A stretch of DNA of 50,304 bases from a virus (lineage: Duplodnaviria; Heunggongvirae; Uroviricota; Caudoviricetes), in IMG/VR virus record IMGVR_UViG_3300024999_000035, positions 128,001 through 178,304 of that record, one strand, 5' to 3'. Below the pieces are notes generated by a model that saw only the letters and a program-made list of their open reading frames with translations, did not search any database and had not been told where the DNA came from. Both the position numbers and the translations under genes were made by a program. Positions 37,925 through 47,389 of this stretch are shown here, one piece after another. The number at the start of each line of letters is the position of its first letter. The stretch's first letter is position 1.

Positions 37925-37943
37925 ATAAAATGAAGGAGGATAG

Positions 37944-38921
37944 ATGAGTAAAAATAAAAAAACTTATGAGGATATTAAACGCAATATTGAGAGTATAAAA
38001 ATACATACTTTAATAACAAACAAAGAGGAATTTGAAGAGCAAATTAAACACACAAAACTACAAAAAATAAAATTGACTTTAAAATGTATACATGGTTATT
38101 ATTATAGTATGACATATTATAGTTACTTGAAATCTAAAGAAAATATATCAATATTTCATATTATAAATTCTTTTACAGTATATAACATTAAGTTATGGTG
38201 TACATTAAATGACAAACCATTTGAATTAGTTGGTGATATTTACGAAGGAGCTTTTAAAAAACTTCAATGGCAATGTTTAAAAGAAGAGTGTAGAGAAATA
38301 TTTGAATCAAGTTGGTCAGATATTTCCCAAGGTCATGGTTGTGGAATGTGTCATGGTAAACAAGTTGGGTTATCTAATTGTTTAGCAACAAACAATCCTC
38401 AATTAGCTTCTGAGTGGCATACTGTTTTAAATGGTGATTTAACTCCGCATAATGTGACAAAGTGTAGTAGTCAAGATGCGTGGTGGGAATGCAGTGAAAA
38501 TTCTAAACATATATGGCAAGCAAAAATATCAAATAGACAAAATGGTAAAGGTTGTCCTGTTTGTAGTGAATCTAAAGGAGAAAAAGAATGTAAAAAAGTA
38601 TTTGATAATAAATACATAATTTATGAGAGACAAAAGGAGTTTGATGGATTAGTTGGATTAGGTGGAGGATTATTATCTTATGATTTTTATGTACCAAATA
38701 AATATAACTTGTTAATCGAATATCAAGGTTTGCAACATGAGAGTTTTTGTAAAGGATTCCATAAAACAATAGAGGATTTCGAAAAACAAGTTGAACATGA
38801 TAAACGCAAAAAAGAATATGCGTTATCCAATGGATATAATTTTTTAGAGATATGGTATTGGGATTTTGATAATATTGAGGAAATTCTTGAAAAAGAATTA
38901 ATAAGTATAATAAATAAATAA
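37944..38921 (+). CDS. Putative homing endonuclease (zinc-ribbon + Vsr/DUF559-like)
   Basis: P.LASEW, WWEC...H.W, GCPVC.ESKGE, LSYDFY, IEYQG.QH, D..K..YA...LEIWY. Confidence 0.8.
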   Translation: MSKNKKTYEDIKRNIESIKIHTLITNKEEFEEQIKHTKLQKIKLTLKCIHGYYYSMTYYSYLKSKENISIFHIINSFTVYNIKLWCTLNDKPFELVGDIYEGAFKKLQWQCLKEECREIFESSWSDISQGHGCGMCHGKQVGLSNCLATNNPQLASEWHTVLNGDLTPHNVTKCSSQDAWWECSENSKHIWQAKISNRQNGKGCPVCSESKGEKECKKVFDNKYIIYERQKEFDGLVGLGGGLLSYDFYVPNKYNLLIEYQGLQHESFCKGFHKTIEDFEKQVEHDKRKKEYALSNGYNFLEIWYWDFDNIEEILEKELISIINK

Positions 38922-38984
38922 AAACACGGGTCTGGTACTAAAAGTACGCAGATACTATTAAAGAATAAAAGGGGATTAAAATAA

Positions 38985-39266
38985 ATGAACAAGCAACAAC
39001 TGGTAGCAGAATTAAGTATTAAATCGGAGATCACAAAAAAGGAAGCTGAGAAACATGTTACGAATCTATTTGATATTATCATGGAAACTGTAGCCATTGG
39101 AGAAACTGTAAAAGTAGTTGGTTTTGGAAAATTTGAGAAGAAAGAAACAAAAGGTCGTGAAGGGGTATCTAAACTTCAAGGCGTAGAAAAACCATGGAAG
39201 ACAGAAGACTCCTTTAAACCATATTTCGATCCATCTAAGGCTTTTGAAGATAAAGTTAAAGCGTAA
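38985..39266 (+). CDS. hup: HU-family DNA-binding protein (YonN-like)
   Basis: MNKQQLV...GETVKVVGFGKFE...F.PSK.F.D.V. Confidence 0.92.
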   Translation: MNKQQLVAELSIKSEITKKEAEKHVTNLFDIIMETVAIGETVKVVGFGKFEKKETKGREGVSKLQGVEKPWKTEDSFKPYFDPSKAFEDKVKA

Positions 39267-39281
39267 TAAACAACAATATTA

Positions 39282-39366
39282 TTCCGTACTGCCTAATTTG
39301 AGCAGATACGCTAGTGTCAATAATTATGACTTTTTGTTTAGATAGGGAGTGAAAAATCTCCCTATT
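39282..39366 (+). ncRNA. Repeated two-hairpin element, copy 2
   Basis: See copy 1 at 37837. Confidence 0.65.
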
Positions 39367-39394
39367 ATTTAAATAATATAAAATAAATAAAAAG

Positions 39395-39652
39395 GTGGCA
39401 AACAAAACAATGGCAAAATCAAAACTGACTGAAACAAAAAAGATTACACATAAACTTGCATCTGAAGGCGAATTAACAATTGTAGATTCTGTAGCAGTAA
39501 TAGCGATCCCAGATGAAGGTGTTAAAAATCTAATTGAGTTACTTAAAAATTTCTCAGGAAAATATGTTAAATTTTCTTTTACAGAAGAGGAAGTCGAAGA
39601 TGTAATTGAAGAGGATGCTGAAGAAGATATAGAAGATTCTGATGGAGAATAA
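39395..39652 (+). CDS. YonK-like small protein
   Basis: L.ELLKNFSGKYVKFSFTEE pattern with acidic tail; syntenic position after HU; ATG 39410 is a likely start. Confidence 0.6.
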   Translation: MANKTMAKSKLTETKKITHKLASEGELTIVDSVAVIAIPDEGVKNLIELLKNFSGKYVKFSFTEEEVEDVIEEDAEEDIEDSDGE

Positions 39653-39677
39653 ACCTGCCAAATAAAGGTATTATTTT

Positions 39678-40442
39678 AAACCACAATAAGGTGAGAACGG
39701 GCATCTCACGTCTTATTATATGTTTTATATGATAGGTTAAAGATGTAGGAACTATATCAATAAGGATATAGAGTTTAGAAATAAACTGAGTGTCGCCCTA
39801 CTATTGTGGTTTAGTTTATATTTATGTACCTAGTAGCACCTTAAATTTTATAAGAAAAAACATAATAAGCAGAGTTTTTGCTAGGCGAAATTTTAATATT
39901 AATTTTTAATATAATTATAATTAATATTACTAAGACGCTAAAGATTTTTATATGCTTATAATTAGATAAACTACCGCTGGAAGGCGTGGGTAGTGCCTGA
40001 ATCCAAATATTCCATTAGCGGAGGAGAATACATAAAAATATTCTTCTTATAATTAGATGAGGCGGTTTGCCAAACACTTCCCTCTATAAATTGTTGTGGT
40101 GATGATTTTTTGGAAATTGCATAAGCCAAACAGCAACAATAAAAACTTATTTTAGGGTTTAATAAAATTAGGTCAACGTGAGTGCAATTACGAACCTTCC
40201 CTAAAATCATGTGCATAAGTTAGTAAGACCTTGGAAGACAGGCATTGCTCTGAAAGAGTATGAGGTTTTTAGATGCACAAATTATTAGATTCCCCTCATC
40301 ACTCATTGTTTGTTCTCTATGGCGTTAATCACAGTTTATTTAAACTTAGTGATAGAGACAAATGGCATACTGCAATGAGACTGATGAAATTAGAGTATGC
40401 CAAATTACAAATAAGGTGAGTTTATAGGGGTAGATTCACCTT
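39678..40442 (+). ncRNA. Cluster of consecutive stem-loop elements (candidate ncRNAs)
   Basis: AAACCACAATA/TATTGTGGTTT, TTTTAGGG/CCCTAAAA, TGTGCAT/ATGCACA, TGGCATAC/GTATGCCA and AAGGTGAGT/ATTCACCTT stems; no credible ORF. Confidence 0.55.
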
Positions 40443-40456
40443 CATATTTTAACTAT

Positions 40457-40498
40457 TAGAGGTGATTTAATAAATGGTAGAGGTGATTTAATAAATGG
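40457..40498 (+). repeat. Exact 21-bp tandem duplication of SD plus start
   Basis: TAGAGGTGATTTAATAAATGG x2. Confidence 0.95.
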
Positions 40499-40620
40499 AT
40501 GTAATACTAACCGAAATTCTAAATGAACTCAAACAAATAAAGGAATTACTAGCCCCACATGACTGTAGTGCTAGTAACGATTCTAAGACATACAAATTGA
40601 TTCCCTATGAAAAGGAATAA
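40495..40620 (+). CDS. Small hypothetical protein (41 aa)
   Basis: Read by hand; GAGGTG SD. Confidence 0.65.
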   Translation: MDVILTEILNELKQIKELLAPHDCSASNDSKTYKLIPYEKE

Positions 40621-40658
40621 CAAAGAAGAAAACACAAATTGAAAGAAGGAAATATTAA

Positions 40659-41339
40659 ATGTCTAATTCACAAAACACTAATTCAATAATCTCACTAAAA
40701 GAATCATTTAGAATTTTAAACATAATTGATCAACATACAACATCACTCTTATCCTATATTTCCAATAAATCAAATTCCTTAAAAGTAGAAGAAATCCATT
40801 TAAAGTCAAAAGTAACAGAAACCCAAGACGAAATAATTGATCAAACTACAGAACGTCAATATCAATGTTCTGTAACAGATATTTCGTTTCTAATTTCTCA
40901 GTTAATTAATGAGAAACTAACTTTGTCTCTAGCAATAGAGAATGCTAAGAAAAATCTATTTCTTGAATGGCAAGAAAATGGAGAAAACTTAACACTAGAC
41001 ACTGGTATATTGTTTGCTAAAAAGAGTAGAGAATTAGTCAATAATCTTAAACATTTACTTGATTTAAAACCATCTGAAGCAAAGTCACAAGGGAAAGATT
41101 ATATTTTCAATATCGAGGGTAATCAAGTAGAGTACAAATTTCCAATAGAGAAAAAGATATCATTAGATTTTGATAGAAATGAGATTAATACTTTGTATAA
41201 GCAAATGATGAATCGTGCTAATACTTTATCTACTCAGATAGAGGGAGCAATGTTGAAAGAGATTGTAGAGTTTGTTCCAACATATGATATTTTATCATCA
41301 ACATCAGAAATTGTTGAAGAATATTTAAGCAATTTATAA
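40659..41339 (+). CDS. Helical/coiled-coil protein (possibly DIP1984-like)
   Basis: 226 aa; LKESFR, EK..LS.AI..AK, FNIEGNQ..Y, DFDRN motifs; family recalled from memory. Confidence 0.7.
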   Translation: MSNSQNTNSIISLKESFRILNIIDQHTTSLLSYISNKSNSLKVEEIHLKSKVTETQDEIIDQTTERQYQCSVTDISFLISQLINEKLTLSLAIENAKKNLFLEWQENGENLTLDTGILFAKKSRELVNNLKHLLDLKPSEAKSQGKDYIFNIEGNQVEYKFPIEKKISLDFDRNEINTLYKQMMNRANTLSTQIEGAMLKEIVEFVPTYDILSSTSEIVEEYLSNL

Positions 41340-41426
41340 TAATCAAAAATAATCTAATTTAACCATGACAATTAATAAGAGGATATATATAACCACACAT
41401 CACACATATTCTCTTATTAAAAACAA

Positions 41427-41843
41427 CTAACCAGAAGCAAAGCAAGATATAGACTTATTTATTTGGACATCTGAAATTAGATGTTAAATCTTATTTCAAA
41501 AACAAAATTGCAAGATTGTGTAGATTTACTTTACATAACTTATACATTTGAAACATGAATTATAAACAAGCAGGTTTTACTTAATAGTAAAAGAAGAATC
41601 GCTAATCATTTCGCAAAACACAAAATCATCATTCGCAAATTCGATATGTCTCTAATTTCATTATAAAGCAAATACGATAATCGCTTTCGCTAATCACTGT
41701 ATTCTTTAGAAGAAATTCTAAAACAAGAGAACAACTGATTTAAATATAAAATTGGTAATATCTCATTAGAGGTATTGATAAATATAATGGACAATTAATA
41801 AAAATCAATTAGTAAATAGTCTTATTTTGCTTGCTCTGGTTAG
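41427..41843 (+). ncRNA. Candidate ~420-nt ncRNA with terminal stem and repeat-rich loop
   Basis: CTAACCAGAAGCAAAGCAAGATATAGACTTATTTA pairs with TAAATAGTCTTATTTTGCTTGCTCTGGTTAG; internal hairpins; TCGCTAA/TCGCAAA-like repeats at 41599-41699. Confidence 0.7.
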
Positions 41844-42246
41844 ATATAAAATAATTCAAAGAGTGGGAAGTACGAGTGACTCCCCCATCATACTAAATGG
41901 GTTTGATATTATATCCCAGATAAAAACTATCACCTAATAATCAAAGAAAAACTGTATTTGATAGGATATTAAATCAGAAATATCATTAGTCCTTAAATGG
42001 ATGAATATAATTACCCTTGCTGAAAGGCATGAGGATTGCAAATGTATTTTTTACATTTGCCATGATAATTTTTGCTCAGATGAGTACGAGAGAATTGTTA
42101 GAAAAACTAAGTAGGATGAAGTTTTGTATATGACGCGATTAAATGGATTAGTTTCCAGACTGTTTGATAGCGTACTATTTTTAGAGTCCTACACTATAAT
42201 TTAATATTTATTATAAGTATATTCTCTATAAGGAGGATTAAAAACA

Positions 42247-42387
42247 ATGGAAGAAACAAATATTTATGATTCAATTAATGAAGATACATTATGCCCTATA
42301 TGTTTCAAAAATAGGTTCTGGTTAAAGTTTTATTGTGGCAAGACTATATTGTGGTGTGCTGATTGTGGATATTTTTTGGAAATTTGA
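42247..42387 (+). CDS. Small zinc-ribbon protein (46 aa)
   Basis: Read by hand; AAGGAGG SD; CPIC...CADC. Confidence 0.7.
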   Translation: MEETNIYDSINEDTLCPICFKNRFWLKFYCGKTILWCADCGYFLEI

Positions 42388-42573
42388 GGAATTTAATTTA
42401 AGTTATTTACAGCAGATTAAAGCACCTTTTAAAAGTGAAGGTGTTTCTTTGTGTTGTAATGGCACAAATGAGCAGACTAGACTGATCATCGAAGAGTGCA
42501 ATCCTTAGCACCTGTTTGCTTATTATTTTAATTAAGGAAAAACCAAATAAATATTAAAGGAGATGTTTAAGAA

Positions 42574-44715
42574 ATGAAAATCAAATTAATTATTGACAAG
42601 GTAAATTATCAAAACAAACCCAGTACAGACATTGGAGCAATTATCAATAGAATGAAAATTGATAATGTGAAAGAGTATTCAATCGAAGAAATTAAGAAAA
42701 GCATATTAGATGGAAAAACTATTAGACCATCTTATTGTGGAGGTCAAGAAACAGATTGGATATCACAGCAAGTGTTTATGATCGATATTGATAATAAACC
42801 TGTAAAACCTAAGAAAATGTCTGATAATGACTATGAGATATTAACAGAACAATATTTAAAAGTAAATCATAAAACATATGATGAAATAATTAATCATTGT
42901 AAAGAAATAAATATAATACCAAATTTTGTTTATACTTCTTTTAATCACAAAGAAAATCATCATAAAATGAGATTAGTATTTGTACTTGACAAAGTAATAA
43001 CTGATGAAAATACAGCAAAAAGAATATTGTTATATTTAATGGAATCTATAGGGGAGGTAGATGAAACATGTAAGAATCTTAATAGAATATTCTTTGCAGG
43101 TAAAAATATAGTATTTGATTCTGGTAATATATTGGATAGTGATTACATTATAGATTTATCTAATAGTATTATATTAGAGGATTCTAAAGAAAATAAAGTA
43201 AAAGTTAAAAAGAATAAAATAAATAATAATAAAGAAAATAAGGTTAAAGATTTAATGGTAAAGTATCCTAAACTCTATAATAAAGATTATAAGATTAAGG
43301 ATATTATGAGAGGGTTAAGGGTGACTAATATATATACTTATAACTATAACTCCTTTAATTTAATAGTCACCCTTTCTCAACGGTTCGGAAACCCCTCTCG
43401 CGCCAAGGTTTTAGGTAATCCCAAACCTTCTCCCTCTATAAAAGAGAGATATAATATTAAAGCATTGATAAATAGAGAAGCAGAATATTTACAAAATAGT
43501 TTGAATTGTGACCCTATAGTTTTTGATAATAAGGAAGATTTTTGGTATCACATTTATTATAACATTAACATGGCAGAATTATTAGAATTTAAATATCCTT
43601 CATCGGTTAAATGTCTATTTCATAAAGATAGTAATCCAAGTGCAAGTATATTTCAAACCAATGAAGGGAAATGGCTTTATAAATGTCATAGTGGTAAATG
43701 TGGCGCATCAATGAATACTAAACAATTGATTGAAAAACTTGGTGGATTTAAAAGTGAATACAGGGCTATAGAATTTATAAAAACCATATTCAATTTATCT
43801 ATTAAAGAAACTCAATGGAGTATTGAACAAAAAACAAATCTTGATTTAATAATTAATACTATGAACTTAAATAAGTTTATGGATTTATGTCCTCAAACAG
43901 ATAAAAATATAAGATATGTTAAAGAGTTATTCTTGGTAATGGCAGGAATAGCACAGAATAATATTTATGGTGAAAATTATATGAATTCAGATGGAGATGC
44001 TGTATTCTTTGTTTCATTGGGAGAATTAGCCAGAATTACTAAAACAGCAGCTAATAATTTACAAAGAATAGGTCAAAGACTTGCTGTTTTGACTTATCAT
44101 GATTTAATAAGAAAATTAGATGATGATAAAATTCCTCCTAAAATGCTTGCTAAAGCTCAAGCAATTGCTATAGCAAATAAAACAACACAGAGAGTAAGTT
44201 TCTATTCTATTCCTTCATGGGTATTTGATCAACTTAATAATATTGAATCCCAAGGAGTTAAATGGAAACAAAATGGATATACGGTTAAAGGAACTTCGTA
44301 TGAGATGTTTTATAGAACTGAAGGCTTAGAAGTTGCACAAAATATTTATCCTCAATATAAAAAGGTTGCTTCTAAGGATATTGATTATGAAACAGGAGAA
44401 ATAATAGAATCGGTTAAGGATAGAACCACAACTAAGAAAAGCGATGAAAGAGTTGAAAATATCGTTTCAGTTGTTGAGAAGTTAGTAAGTGAAAATAATT
44501 ATACAACTGAAAAAGAAATTGTATTATATTTGTCTAAAGAATATAGATGGGAAGTAACTGAAATTCAGTTGCGTAAAATGAGAGGTGAACTAGAAAAGTT
44601 AGGGTACATAAGAATAAGAGCGAATAAAGAGTTAAAAGAAAGATATTCAGTTCAAAGTAATGGGTATCCAGTGATTATTTGCAAGAGTATTGAAAGTGAC
44701 GTAATAATAAAATAA
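42574..44715 (+). CDS. AEP primase-like / Rep protein with CHC2 zinc finger
   Basis: FMIDID, YTSFNH...KMRLVF, DETCKN..RIFF; CLFHKD..PS...YKCHSGKC. Confidence 0.8.
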   Translation: MKIKLIIDKVNYQNKPSTDIGAIINRMKIDNVKEYSIEEIKKSILDGKTIRPSYCGGQETDWISQQVFMIDIDNKPVKPKKMSDNDYEILTEQYLKVNHKTYDEIINHCKEINIIPNFVYTSFNHKENHHKMRLVFVLDKVITDENTAKRILLYLMESIGEVDETCKNLNRIFFAGKNIVFDSGNILDSDYIIDLSNSIILEDSKENKVKVKKNKINNNKENKVKDLMVKYPKLYNKDYKIKDIMRGLRVTNIYTYNYNSFNLIVTLSQRFGNPSRAKVLGNPKPSPSIKERYNIKALINREAEYLQNSLNCDPIVFDNKEDFWYHIYYNINMAELLEFKYPSSVKCLFHKDSNPSASIFQTNEGKWLYKCHSGKCGASMNTKQLIEKLGGFKSEYRAIEFIKTIFNLSIKETQWSIEQKTNLDLIINTMNLNKFMDLCPQTDKNIRYVKELFLVMAGIAQNNIYGENYMNSDGDAVFFVSLGELARITKTAANNLQRIGQRLAVLTYHDLIRKLDDDKIPPKMLAKAQAIAIANKTTQRVSFYSIPSWVFDQLNNIESQGVKWKQNGYTVKGTSYEMFYRTEGLEVAQNIYPQYKKVASKDIDYETGEIIESVKDRTTTKKSDERVENIVSVVEKLVSENNYTTEKEIVLYLSKEYRWEVTEIQLRKMRGELEKLGYIRIRANKELKERYSVQSNGYPVIICKSIESDVIIK

Positions 44716-44740
44716 ATATATAGGGTGGTATTAATAAATA

Positions 44741-46120
44741 TTGTCAAAATCAAAAGATGAACTTTATATTATTGGTGTAGATTTTAAGAACAATAGAGAT
44801 AAATACAATAAAATACTTAATACTAAAAATCCTTCATGGAATGATTTAAATGAGCATCAAGGATTTCCGTTTAAAACTGGAGAACATTATCGTCAGTTTA
44901 TTAAAAAAAGACAGGACAGAGATGGGACTTTAAAGAAGTTAGATGTTGTTAAAAGTATTGTTGCTGATGAAAATAATATTGTAAGAAATGAAAAAATAGA
45001 AACTGAATCTTTTCCTAATTACAAAGAATCTGTAGAAATAAAAAATGATAATTCTCAAGTATCTGATAAGTTGATTTCTATGAGTTTAGAAGAATCTAAA
45101 GATCCTGAATTTGTTTTGAAATCGCATGGGTATTCGCATGATGAGTTTATTTTGCTTAGTGCTAAGAATAGTATGTGGCATATGAACACTAAGGAAGATG
45201 GGATTAAGACTCTTTATGCCAGTAAAATAAGTGTAAAACCAAGGACAGAATATCAATGGAATGAAGAAAATGCAAAGAAAATATTCTCTAGTTTAGAAAC
45301 ATGCACAAAAACAATAAATAAATCAAATATTAAAACATCTCAATATAAGAAAAATGGTAAATTGCTTATTATCCCTATTTCTGACTTCCATCTTAATTTA
45401 TTATCAGATAAATTATCAACAGGAAATGAATATAATATGCAAATTGCAGAAGATATATTCTTTCAGGTAATTAATGATGTAATAGATAGAGTTGAAGGTA
45501 AAGTTTTTGAGAAGATTTTATTTGTGACGGGAAATGACTTTATCACATCAGATAACACCAATGGAACTACAACTCGTGGGACTCCTCAAGATAATGCAGA
45601 ATCATGGTTTAAAGCAGTACATAAGGCCACAGAATTAATTGTTAGAGCAATTGATATGCTTACTGAAATTGCACCCGTAGACGTTATCCTAGTGCCTTCT
45701 AATCACGATCTTCATACTATGTTTGGTGTAATTCAAACAGTTAAAGCATGGTATAAGGATGATAATAATGTTTATGTAGATGATAGTCCTTTGCCTAGAA
45801 AATATTATGAATTTGGAAAGACACTGCTTACTTTTTCTCATGATATTAAAGTTAAAGATGCTTTGCAAATTATTACTACTGAAGCAAAAGATAAGTGGAG
45901 TAATTGTGAACATATAATTTTGATGTTGGCTCATTTGCATCAAGCTATGGTGTATGAGAAGCAAGGATATTTAGAGATTTTAAGATTGCCTTGCGTTAGT
46001 GGATGGTCAAGATGGAGTAATGAAAAAGGTTATATACAATCTGAAAAGAAAAATCAGAGTTTTATTATTGATAGTAAGTTAGGTATTACAGATGTAATGA
46101 ATACTGTGATTAAGGATTAA
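44741..46120 (+). CDS. Calcineurin-like metallophosphoesterase (YonJ-like position)
   Basis: SDFH, GND, SNHD, SHD, HLH motifs. Confidence 0.8.
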   Translation: MSKSKDELYIIGVDFKNNRDKYNKILNTKNPSWNDLNEHQGFPFKTGEHYRQFIKKRQDRDGTLKKLDVVKSIVADENNIVRNEKIETESFPNYKESVEIKNDNSQVSDKLISMSLEESKDPEFVLKSHGYSHDEFILLSAKNSMWHMNTKEDGIKTLYASKISVKPRTEYQWNEENAKKIFSSLETCTKTINKSNIKTSQYKKNGKLLIIPISDFHLNLLSDKLSTGNEYNMQIAEDIFFQVINDVIDRVEGKVFEKILFVTGNDFITSDNTNGTTTRGTPQDNAESWFKAVHKATELIVRAIDMLTEIAPVDVILVPSNHDLHTMFGVIQTVKAWYKDDNNVYVDDSPLPRKYYEFGKTLLTFSHDIKVKDALQIITTEAKDKWSNCEHIILMLAHLHQAMVYEKQGYLEILRLPCVSGWSRWSNEKGYIQSEKKNQSFIIDSKLGITDVMNTVIKD

Positions 46121-46150
46121 AATAAAATAAAAGAAAATGAGGAATATATT

Positions 46151-46735
46151 ATGAGTCTACTTAAAGATTTCAAAACTGGTTCAATTTATGAGGAAATATA
46201 TAAGAAACTATGGGAATCTAAACGAGTATTGTATTTAAACGCTGAGATAGATGATAACGTAACTGATATGATTGCTACTCCTATTCTTTTGCAGAATGAA
46301 TTAGAAATAGATATTCCTGAAAATAAACTTAAACCTATTACGATATGGATTTCTTCATATGGTGGATCTGCTGATGTTTGTGCATTTCTTGTGGATGTAA
46401 TAGAGCATTCTAGGATTCCAATTAATTGTAGGATATTATCTGTTGCTGCCAGTGCAGGTTTATATATTGCTATTGCTTGCAAACATAGAGTTGCAAACTC
46501 AAATTCAATCTTTTTGCTTCACAAAGGGAGTATAAGTTTAGGAAATACTAATTTTGCAGAAGCAGAGGATATAATTGCCTTCTATAAAGATGATGTTGGT
46601 AAAATTTTTGATGATTTAATTATTAGGAGAACAAAAATTACTCCAGAAGAGTTAAAGAAAATTAGAAGGAATGAAACTTATTGTTTAGCAGAAGTAGCTA
46701 GAGATACATATGGGTTTATTGATGAGATAATTTGA
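46151..46735 (+). CDS. clpP: ClpP-family protease
   Basis: RVLYL, ISSYGGS, AASAG (catalytic Ser), LLH (His), YGFIDEII. Confidence 0.85.
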   Translation: MSLLKDFKTGSIYEEIYKKLWESKRVLYLNAEIDDNVTDMIATPILLQNELEIDIPENKLKPITIWISSYGGSADVCAFLVDVIEHSRIPINCRILSVAASAGLYIAIACKHRVANSNSIFLLHKGSISLGNTNFAEAEDIIAFYKDDVGKIFDDLIIRRTKITPEELKKIRRNETYCLAEVARDTYGFIDEII

Positions 46736-46804
46736 TTCTATATAATAATCATAAATAATGCAATAACTATATAAAAATAAAATATAAAGGCAGGAATAAT
46801 AAAA

Positions 46805-47206
46805 ATGAGAGTATTTAATGCAGAATCAGGATGGGATAAAGAGGAACAAAGATGGATTCAAATTCTAACTATCGACGGACAGGAAGTTGACTTGGAAACT
46901 TATGCTATGGAATTAGATAAAGAATCTAATGATAATGAGGAAGGCGTAATTGCTTATCCTTGTGATGATTATCAAGATGAGGAAGATAACGATGAACACG
47001 GAGAAGACTGCATGTGTGAAGATTGTTTAGAAGATAGGAAGAATATTTATCTTGCCGAAGCTGTAAAATTTTTATTTGAAAATGAATTGTGTCCTAAACA
47101 TGTTTTTGAATTGCTTGGAGATATTTATAATAAAGCAAATTATGAAGGATATGAAGAGGGATATGCGGAAGCTAAAGAGGATATGAGAGAATTTTTGGAG
47201 GATTAA
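46805..47206 (+). CDS. Acidic Cys-containing hypothetical protein
   Basis: ORF track; CMCEDC, CPKH. Confidence 0.75.
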   Translation: MRVFNAESGWDKEEQRWIQILTIDGQEVDLETYAMELDKESNDNEEGVIAYPCDDYQDEEDNDEHGEDCMCEDCLEDRKNIYLAEAVKFLFENELCPKHVFELLGDIYNKANYEGYEEGYAEAKEDMREFLED

Positions 47207-47389
47207 TTAGAACAAATAAAATAAAATCTAAGTTTTAAATGGGTGATTATTAACTTAAATATTTTGCTATAGATAGTGCTCCTAGCTTTTGTTAGGAGTA
47301 TTCTTGTGTAACAAAATAAGTTATGCAAATAAGGTAGTGTCTTACCACTAATATCTTGGGTCATGTCCTACCATGAGAAGGAGAAATAT

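Noticed and set aside
40363-40402. CTGATGAAA as a hammerhead
   Set aside because: No stem II and no cleavage triplet geometry; just a simple hairpin.
41427-41843. Retron msr-msd or CRISPR/TIGR-type array
   Set aside because: No reverse transcriptase, Cas or Nop-domain gene in the window; repeats are 5-9 nt with no regular spacers.
39660-42570. tRNA or tmRNA genes in the non-coding tracts
   Set aside because: No cloverleaf with GGTTCGA T-loop and acceptor stem found by eye; a tRNAscan/ARAGORN run would be decisive.
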